Source: Chrysomallon squamiferum
Taxonomy: Eukaryota; Animalia; Mollusca
Direction: 5' to 3'
Assembly: GCA_012295275.1 (NCBI GenBank)
Contig: CM022670.1
Span: 32,612,001-32,676,000 of the forward strand
DNA length: 64,000 nt
Under the pieces are notes generated by a model. The model ran no database searches. It was not told the origin of the DNA and worked only from the letters and a program-made list of their open reading frames with translations. Every line of letters begins with the position of its first letter. The stretch's first letter is position 1. The position numbers and the translations under genes are program-made. Shown piece after piece: positions 54,626-64,000 of this stretch.

Positions 54626-55637
54626 AACAGTTCTGTGAATATAAAATACACAGCTGAACATTGAACTGGATAAGAATATTGTGTAATTCAAAGATGTCCT
54701 CGAAATTTATGATTTTGTATTTCTCAGAATGTGTTTAAATTAAAATGTGTCAGGTTTCAAATTATTTCAGTGGTTTTGCCCAGCAGGAAATCAACAATTT
54801 CAAGTTGATCACGGGGCACGTTAACCGTCCTTGTAACAACAGGAAAAGGAAATCTGTTGACTAAATATCATTATAACTACTTTGAAGCTACTTAAAGTTT
54901 TCAATGAATTTCTTAAATTTTCACAAAATTTTACAGAATGTTTCTTTGAATTTTCAATGAATTTCTCTGACTTCTTCTTAAATGTTCAATGAATTTTATT
55001 GTGTCATTGAAAACAATTCACAGAAATAGTTGTTGATATTTTATATATAGAAATTTAGAAAATCTTAAACAGTTTTGTTATTTTCTTATGATGCAGAATT
55101 TTAATTAATTGTTTTCAGTTTTGTGTTGCATTATACACAGTTAATTAAAACATGCATTATGAAGCAGGAACCACGTCCACTTGTATCAGTCTTCTGTTTT
55201 TTCTTGGAGGTAGAAGGCTTGATATTGCGGGAAAACATTTCAAAATGGTTCTAAATATTTTCTTAGAAGTAAATGGACAATTTTTTTCTTCAAATGTTTT
55301 AGTTCTTGGATGCACATGTGTTCATTGACATTAACAGAAATGTTATACAGTTGAAATAATTCAGTATCTTTTGAATTATTTTTCCATCCTTTAGAATTAA
55401 TAAAAAAAAATGTATATGTTTTATATCTTCAGTGACATTTGTTATGTTTATAACATATGTTATTGAAAAGATTAGTCTTGTAAATGAGTATATTACATTT
55501 TTCATATATTTTGCAAATTATCATTTTTATTTATTTATTTTTCTATTATTTTCTTTATGCAGAGGTAATTTTGGAAATGTCTAAAGAGAAAAGTAGTCAC
55601 CTTGTCAATAAAAAGACTTTATAATGTGTCATTGCAG

Positions 55638-55825
55638 ACCAGCGGCAGGATTTGGACATTCCGACACTGAAAGTTGAGCACACAGATCCAATCAAAGACA
55701 TACAGGAAAAGAATCGGCCAATGTCTCGGATCTCTGGGATTCGAAAACTTGATCATGCCAATAGCTTCACAGGAATCGTGCCAAAGTTTGGTGTAGAAAC
55801 ACAACATAAAGACAAGCTCAGTATA
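55638..55825 (+). CDS. PDE4: PDE4 LR2 / start of catalytic domain exon (DQRQDLDIPTL...RPMSRISGIRKL...VPKFGVETQHKDKLSI)
   Basis: Matches the PDE4 motifs RPMSQISGVKKL and IPRFGV; cattgcag| acceptor and ATA|gtaagt donor; 188 nt, phase 1 to 0. Confidence 0.95.
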
Positions 55826-56737
55826 GTAAGTGGATGACTAATTCTGTGTTAATAATTAAAAACATAATATAATAATTGATTGCTATCTGCTCTGTCTAGA
55901 TTAAATGTTTTTGTCAAAGCTAATTTTAACTTATGTTTAGTGAAGTAATGATAAAAACTGAATATGTAGATGATTAAAAAAAAGTGAAAGCTAAATTGAT
56001 TTTACTGAAGTCTAAAAAATAAATTTGTTAGGTCTAATGTTAACTGAATTTTGTAGCGTGTAAAATTAGCACTTGTAGTCAGCAATACAGTTTGTGATGG
56101 TTAATGTTTTTACTGATCATAAAAATTTAAGTATTAGTACTTTAAAGAATTTTCTCCTTAAGGAATATCTTTCAAAAATAATAATTCAAAAATTTAATTT
56201 TTTGTAAATACAATACTGATTCCTCTTTTATCAAGAGTTCTCATTCTCGGGTAGACAGTTACAATAATTCAAAATGTTTTAAAATTTATTTCATATCTTT
56301 ACTAAGTACAATCATGTTCAGCTTGATCTAAATGTTAACAGCATCATAAAATAATTCTTAAAATCTTCAGATTAATTCAATAATTAAAGTGTTGTACAGT
56401 ATTAGCAATGGAAAGAATACTAATTTCTTTCCATTTTTTTTCCTTTTTTTTAAGTATGCAGCAAATGTAACACACATCAAAATGTCAAAAGTTGCTAATC
56501 TGATGTTTTGATATTTTACACTGGCTTGTATGATACACAGATTATATTGCAAAGTTGCTGCATTTCTAATTATATTATATGCAACACATCTGTATTTTCT
56601 GTACTTCATATTATATTATAATCAGTGAAACCTCACTGCTCTGTTGTGATATAGATTTTCTTCATAGTTTATTATATCAACATTTGCATCATACTTACAG
56701 GTCAAGGCAATTGAATCTCATGCAAGTACACATGTTC

Positions 56738-56779
<42 letters not shown>

Positions 56780-56973
56780 AGAATGAAAACAATTGAGCTT
56801 GTAACTGAATAACTGAGTGAATGGATGAAGTATTATGCTATATGTTTTATAATTATTTTGAACTCTGAGAAGTATTAATTAAAAATATAATTCCTTAAAT
56901 CTATTGAAAAACAAAGATATTTAATACTATTTTTGTAGTAACTATTGGTTTTTTTCTTCTTATTTTGTTGCAG

Positions 56974-57072
56974 TATTTGAAAGATGTTGACAAGTGGGGT
57001 GTTGATGTGTTCAAAATTGCAGAATACTCAAATAACCGACCTCTAACCTCAATTACATACACAATACTGCAG
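56974..57072 (+). CDS. PDE4: PDE4 catalytic exon (YLKDVDKWGVDVFKIAEYSNNRPLTSITYTILQ)
   Basis: KWG...NRPLT motif; gttgcag| acceptor and CAG|gtaatt donor; 99 nt, phase 0 to 0. Confidence 0.97.
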
Positions 57073-57340
57073 GTAATTGTAATTTTACAGACTTTCTTAG
57101 TGCAAAACATTCTGCTAAATTCAGGATAGTTAATCTAAGTATATTATTATACTACAACAAAATCTTATTTACTATTATTGTTGCTATTATTATTTTCATT
57201 ACTATTATCATTGTTATTATTACTGTTATTATTACTGACATCATTATTTTCCCAAAGAAATACCAGCTTACTATATTTAAAATATACAAACAGATCATAC
57301 TTAAATGGTGTATAAATTCATTTGACTTGTGTTTTTCTAG

Positions 57341-57505
57341 GAAAGAGATTTAATAAAAACGTTCCAAATACCACCTACAAATCTAGTCAACTACCTGATG
57401 CACATAGAAAACCACTACCACAAGGATGTCCCCTACCACAATGCGATCCATGCTGCTGATGTGACACAGTCCACTCATGTGCTGCTTGGTGTATCTGCCC
57501 TTGAG
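57341..57505 (+). CDS. PDE4: PDE4 catalytic exon ([11 protein letters not shown]...[25 protein letters not shown]...ALE)
   Basis: Class I PDE YHNxxHAADV motif with catalytic and metal-binding His intact; tttctag| acceptor and GAG|gtcagt donor; 165 nt. Confidence 0.98.
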
Positions 57506-57560
57506 GTCAGTTTTCAGTGAAAAAAAAAGCTGTTGCATATGTATGTAGATAAGTACACAT

Positions 57561-57579
57561 TGTGTGTGTGTGTGTGTGT

Positions 57580-57619
<40 letters not shown>

Positions 57620-57640
57620 CTGTGTCTGTGTGTGTGTGTT
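57561..57640. repeat. (TG)n microsatellite; similar TG/CA arrays lie near 7088, 8512, 14015, 21518, 25356, 29594, 48945 and 56738
   Basis: Read directly from the sequence. Confidence 0.95.
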
Positions 57641-59232
57641 AGTTATTGTTATATCTGAGAATAATTTGTAAAAATCCAATTTAGGATTTAGGTATGTAAT
57701 AAGATGGGTTAATGAAAAAAAAAAATGGAAAGGTGGAAAAATATAAAAAAAAAGAAACAATATTTTTTAGACTGTATTTACCTCTGGTTATCATTTAATG
57801 ATAATTATAGTCAAAATTTTAAATATCAGTACAGTTTTATATCTGTTTGCACATTTATATGTCTGTTTCTGTGTGTGCGTGTTTCAATAAAACAGATAAA
57901 ATAGTAATCTTACATCTCTAATTTCAACACATTGTTATATTTATTTTATCAAAATCTAAACTTCTGAGTTATAATAATAATAATAATTTAACATAGTCTT
58001 CACTAACATCATTTTATTGTTTGTAACTTCAAAAACAAACTATTCAATATGTCTTTGTACTGTCCTTGGTTTTGCATCATGTAGTAATTTCAGCTTCCTT
58101 TTGCTACATTTTGTACCATTTGGTAATAGGTATACGTGAGAAAATTCATGAATGGAATACTTTTGTCATTCTCAGAAACCACCATATCTACCATTACAGA
58201 CCATTATGATAGTTCATATCAAGCCCAACGCCTTAGTTACATTTCAATTATAACGGTCATACGTGCTGAACACCATGGAAATAATTCAAAACAGTAACTT
58301 GTCTGACCCCCAGAGCCAAGACATATCTCCTTTATTTCATGGTTATCACAGTTTATAGGGTAGAACAAGCTAAATTTAACGTCTGCAGGCCAAGAGGCAT
58401 TGGACAGTCCTGCTAGCTGTTTTATATGTGTTCTGAAAGAAAGAGAAAAAGAAAAAGAGAAGGAGGGAGGGAGGGAGGGAGAGAGAGTAAAAGAGAAAGT
58501 TAGAAAGAAAGAAAATGGAGAAGTCTGTATCAGATAGCTTTTACATCTGCTGGTAAATTATGTGTGTGTGTAAAATGGGTGATAACATGGGTGTGAACTG
58601 TGTGGCTAATTGCACTGATAGACAGACAAACCAGAACAATGACCTATGAATTAATTCTTTGAAATGTAGGTGTTTCCTTATTGTGTGACCATTGGAACAA
58701 TGCTGCTTTGAAACATAGCTGTTCCAGCATAAACTATGACTGATAACACTGTGTTTTAAAATACAAGTGTTTCATTATTCATAATAATCATTTGAACTGT
58801 TGTGTTTTGAGATACAGATGATTTGTTATAAATTTAGGACTTAAAAAATTAATTTTCTGTAACTGCAGATACAATTTATTAATCTTTTTTTCTTTCATTA
58901 AGTATACCTTAAAACAACAGTAATAGTAAACAATGAAAAACACTATTTGTCAAGTTCAAATATTTATAATATATAATAAAAGATTTAAAAACTGCTGCTG
59001 TATTCAGATTTGTGTATACTCCAAAATTGTTTTATTATAGTCTTTTTAAAGATCCTTATTTATTGTGAACATTTGAAAGAGAAATGCAAAATGTATTATT
59101 ATTATTATTGTTATTATTGTTATTATATTGTTATTATGATTATACTGTTTCTGCTGCTGTTGTTATTATTATTACTACTTCTCTTACTGACATTATTGTT
59201 GTTGTTGTTATCAGTTGTTGTTATTTTTACAG

Positions 59233-59332
59233 AATGTGTTCACAGAACTTGAAATTTTGGCAGCCATTTTTGCATGCACAATACATGATGTGGATCATCC
59301 AGGTGTTACAAACCAGTATTTAATCAACACTG
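59233..59332 (+). CDS. PDE4: PDE4 catalytic exon ([33 protein letters not shown])
   Basis: PDEase signature HDxDHPGxxN; ttttacag| acceptor and G|gtgagt donor; 100 nt, phase 0 to 1. Confidence 0.98.
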
Positions 59333-59719
59333 GTGAGTTAATCTTTCTATACATTTTTTTATTATTTTACAAATTATTTTTATTTGTTTCTTTCTTTATG
59401 AGCACAACAAACATAATTTGTGTATCAGTTTTCATTTTGGTTTATTTATTATTATTTTTCATTCATACAGCAAACATTTATACAAAATGTGTTTAAATAT
59501 TTAGAAATATATATATATATATATTTTTAACATGAATCCTGTTTCATTTTACATTTACACTTTTATACCAATGGCACCACATTTGCCTATCTGATGTGGA
59601 ATCTTGACAGGAACGTCTGCCATATTATGAAGAAAACGTAAGATCCTAACATACCAGACATTTCTCTTTTATCACAGACCGAGAGAAACAGTTAATGCTG
59701 TATGCCACATATCAAAGCA

Positions 59720-59950
59720 TTCAAGCTTATCGTGTTATCATTGATGCCATATTTTGAATATCAGAATATACAAGCTTATCTTTAAACCATTGATACCGTC
59801 ACTATATAAGCTTATTGCTGAGCCAATGATGGTGTTTTCCAGAATATACAATCATGTCACTGAACCAGTGATGCTGTTGTATTAAAAAGAACACAAGTTT
59901 ATCATTAAATCACTGAAGCTGTATACAAGGGTATGGTTTTATCAGTGAAG
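59720..59950. repeat. Decayed minisatellite, unit about 40-50 bp
   Basis: Recurrent ACAAGCTTATC...CCATTGATGC-like units. Confidence 0.6.
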
Positions 59951-61996
59951 TTCTGTGTCAACAACTTGTAGAATCATTCCAAGGTCATGTCAAAGACATG
60001 TAGATTTACCTTGCAGGAATAAACTAACTGGGTGCAATAACCTCTAGCAGCATTTTAAATTTGGCTTCAAGTTTTAATCCATTTCTAAATAAAGTTAATT
60101 CTAAAATTAGCTTTAATGTTAATTTAATGATGTCTGAAGCATGGCTTGTCTATCTTTAAAAAACATATTTTTAAAAAATTTATGGGTTAACTTTAATAAT
60201 ATTTTCTAAAATTTGTATCTAATGATACTTAATTAAGATTGATATAGCGGTCTGCAAAGGAGTTACAAAAATGTATTTTGTTTAATCTGAATTTTTAAAA
60301 ATAAATTTAGTTTTGTGTGTAGTTGTGTTTTACTGTAATTAGTAAATAACTCCAAAGTCAAGTTAATTGTCAGTATAATTATTAAATTAAAATCAAAACA
60401 AAAACAATGCAAACACTAAAAACAGTTCAGTTGTTCTGTTGCCTAATAATTTATTTTAATATTATTATACTGTTTTTCTTAAAATTCTTATAAGCTGTTT
60501 GTAAACAAATAATTTTACAGAAAAACATTCTGTTTTCTTTGTAATCTAATTAAATACATTTTTTTAAGAAATCACATTAAAAACATATTTCATCTATGTT
60601 TACACTGTTAAAACCAGATATTTGGACAAGGAAATCTTCGCTTTGTATTCGGGATCCAGCTGTTGTGATTGGGAAGTACAGTGCGAGAAAACTGCATGTT
60701 GCTAATTATATCATGTAACATACCAAACACACCGTGCAGCAGACTTACATGCATTTTCACATACTTTATACATCTTAACTCATTTCTGTTCTCAACTTCA
60801 GAATAACTTTAACAGAATGTTGTTTACAACACAAAATAGGCCTGTGTGAAGGTCATCGGGCTTTTTTTTTGTGTTTTTTTATTTTCTACAGACTAGAATT
60901 AGTCTCAGTTTGCAGATTATTTTCTTTCTGCAGTCTAAGTCTGAACACAGCACCTGATTGTTTTAGTTTCCCCATCTACTCAGACCTGCAGACGATTCGA
61001 TGCTATTTGATATCATCTTGGTAGTCTTAGAGTCTGTGAGATATTTCACACATGAAACCTGGGAGATATAAATATATGTAACAGATCAAGGGTTGAAGAA
61101 CGAAGATAACATAAATATAAATAAATTAAATAAAAAAAATAATAATAACAGAATACTTAAACCTTTAACTATTTGTGTAAACTGTAGATTGTAGAAAAAC
61201 AAAAGATACCCTGTTTTTTTGGCAATTCATAAGAATTTATTTTGATACAGTGATTTTTTTTTTAATAAATGAAAGTTGGAGCAAAAAGTAAAAGTAAAAA
61301 TAAATCTTTGAAGTAATCTTGCAGAGTGTTAGCTGTAATAGTTATCTATATACTCAGTTGTGTCTGTTTTAAATATAACTTCATCTTGAAAATAAAATTT
61401 TATATTTTTGGCATATTGTTTAACTTTGTTTTAAAAAAATGAAAACTGGTATACAAAAATGTTTCATTATTATGTTTTTTAATTTATTATTAAATGTCTG
61501 TTTTAACCAGATAACATGTATATTAAAATGTATATTTTTAAGTTGTTTTATGGTGTTTTCATATATACCTTAGGTTTTAACCACGGATTGAAATAATGAT
61601 TTTATGTAAACTATACAGTCATGATGTATAAGGATTATTATTTAAAAAAAATTAATAACTATAAAAATTTGAATTTTGAGGACTGTTTCTTATATATATT
61701 CAATTTTATTTTTTCATTCTTATATTTTGTTTGTTTTTTTAATAATTTTTCTCTGTTATTTTATAGATTTTATAGAATTGTTTTTGTTTATATATTTTAT
61801 TTTTGTTATAAATTTATTTTTTATTTTTTTATTTTTTTTCAATGGTATATCTCTGTCTTCCTTTTTACTTATGTATTTATTTATTTACTTATTTATTTAT
61901 TTTTTATTTTTTTATTTATTTATTTTTTTATTTACATACTTATTTATTTATTTATTTATTTACTTATTTATTTATTTATTTATATTTGTATTTCAG

Positions 61997-62151
61997 CTTC
62001 TGAACTTGCTGTGATGTACAATGATGAATCTGTACTGGAGAACCATCACTTGGCTGTGGCCTTCAAGTTACTGCAAGAAAAGAACTGTGATATTTTTGTC
62101 AATCTCACCAAGAAACAGAGACAGACACTGAGAAAGATGGTTATTGATATG
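61997..62151 (+). CDS. PDE4: PDE4 catalytic exon ([52 protein letters not shown]); gene continues past the window end
   Basis: Near identity to the PDE4/dunce [17 protein letters not shown] motif; tttcag| acceptor and ATG|gtaagt donor; 155 nt, phase 1 to 0. Confidence 0.98.
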
Positions 62152-63646
62152 GTAAGTTTTATATCTCACCCAGGTAGTTTCTCATGTAATGAGCTCCAGT
62201 TGTATTATTGAACTCCAGTCTTAATGATATGGTGAGTTCATGCTATATTCAGTATTATTGCATTAAGAAATATTGATGTGGTAAGCTTCTGTTAAATTTG
62301 ATATTATTATCAATATAAATGCACTTAAAAAGATGGGTGAAAAGTATTACTAGTTTTTGTTTGCTGTCATTTCCAAATATATATCTGAAAACGTTTATAT
62401 AAAAAAGAAATTTATGATTTATTTATTTATTTACTTTTTCCAATTTTGATGTTTTTATTTTCAAACCTGTACTGAATTCTAATGCTGGTTCTAATAAATG
62501 GAATATGTTAAAAGTGCAGACTGGATAAGTGCCAAAATACTCTGTTGACTTTTAAAATGCAATGATATATATTCTGAGTCATCTCACAGCAACAACATTT
62601 AAACTTTATATTTTTATGAATAACTTTACCTTTACAAACTTTAGAAGAAAACAAATTAAATAATAATAATAATATTAATAGAATAAAAGTACAATTTAGA
62701 TACATTTTTAACATTAGTAAAATAAAATATATTTATTTATGCTTTTTAGATAAATCATCTGAAAAATAACATTTATTAAAAATTAAATATATGTATATAT
62801 ATAAAAGTAAAAACATTTCAGTAAACAAATATTTAATCATTAAGACTGGCCATCTGATAAGATAATATCTACAGAATTTATTAAATAGTTAATAAAAAAA
62901 TTAAAAATGCTTAAGGTATCTTTTAAAAATAATAAACAAATATTTATTTATTTATTTATTTATTTACACATCCATACAGTTACATGGACTGCTGAATTTA
63001 TTTAATAATTAAGTTAGTGAAGTTTTATGAAAGAATTTTAAATTAACAAAACTAAAAAACAAAAACATTTTGTACAAAACAAAACAAAATTAAGGTCAAA
63101 AACCTCTTTTACTATCATCTAGTCATCAAATACATTATTTACTTTAATATATTAATAGACTTCATGATCCAAGCCTCAGCAGAATTTTAAATAAGAAATC
63201 ACTAGCAGTGATGTTATTTTAGTATACAGTGTGTTTATTTAAGACTTTATTGCAATAGATAAGTACTTTTCTTCCACCAAACATGCCTGATAAGTATCTA
63301 AAGGTATTATTTTTTATTTTTTTAATATTAAATTCTGCTTTTCGTAAGTTAAATCCAGAAAAGAAAATAGAAAAAAATATTAAAAATTTATTTCTTTGTA
63401 TTTGATGATGTAGATAGTTAGTAAATATAGGTTTAACCAAATTTTTATATAGTTTATCTAGCGGTCAATGTCCGGTAATGAAATGGGGGTGGTGCTAACA
63501 TTTCCCTGGGTCATGATTTATTCAGTTTTCTTTTTGTAATTGTTCTTTTGCTTTCATTAAAGAGGGAGAGAGAGGGGGAAAAAGAGAAACTTCTTGTTAA
63601 CAAATGTTTTATCTGAATTAATAATAGAATATTAATGAGATTTTAG

Positions 63647-63691
<45 letters not shown>

Positions 63692-63829
63692 GATAAACCA
63701 TAAGTGTAAACTAACCTAAATTATAAAAATGTACTGAATATATTATAAATAAAAAATTAAAAAACCATATAATTTTATATATATTAACATGAACTAATTA
63801 TGAATTAAAATTATCATCATTGTCATTAC

Positions 63830-64000
63830 TCTGGTTGTTGCTGTTGTTACTGTTGTTGTTATTACTACTACTACTATTAACTTAACTACTTTTATTATTG
63901 TTACTATTATTATTATTATTATTATTGTTACTATTATTATTAATTTATTATTATTATTATTATTATTATTAATATTATTGTTGTTGTTGTTGTTGTTGCA
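63830..64000. repeat. (ATT/GTT/ACT)n low-complexity tract; representative of many, e.g. 15005, 30020-30230, 32870-33180, 33700-33930, 41730-42000
   Basis: Read directly from the sequence. Confidence 0.95.

Noticed and set aside
61621-61996. Hydrophobic, transmembrane-like N-terminus of the 196-aa ORF
   Set aside because: It derives from (TATT)n intron sequence; the real exon starts at the acceptor 61997.

Overview
AT-rich, CpG-depleted, microsatellite-rich eukaryotic DNA, probably molluscan (inferred from decayed tRNA-head SINEs and an N-terminus resembling the Aplysia PDE4 short form, both recalled from memory). The window lies inside one + strand gene, a cAMP-specific phosphodiesterase 4 (PDE4/dunce). 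I traced nine GT-AG, phase-consistent exons by hand: 16934-17041, 38297-38418, 43302-43414, 44159-44252, 55638-55825, 56974-57072, 57341-57505, 59233-59332 and 61997-62151. They encode the C-half of UCR1, LR1, UCR2, LR2 and the first part of the catalytic domain. I did not find the RRESF exon or the last catalytic exons, so they probably lie outside the window. The most interesting signal is a series of candidate intronic first exons that would give different N-termini: polybasic with a PKA site (16773), MGC-type acylation motif (29314), Cys-rich with no UCR (50875), a CRE-preceded 10-nt start (52717), and a frame-ambiguous exon (12035). Full and near-consensus CRE sites and duplicated splice-donor sequences are also present. 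Introns carry a Tc1/mariner deletion derivative, about nine old SINE fragments and many mini- and microsatellites. Almost all ORFs in the supplied track are simple-repeat artefacts. All isoform calls are predictions that need transcript data.
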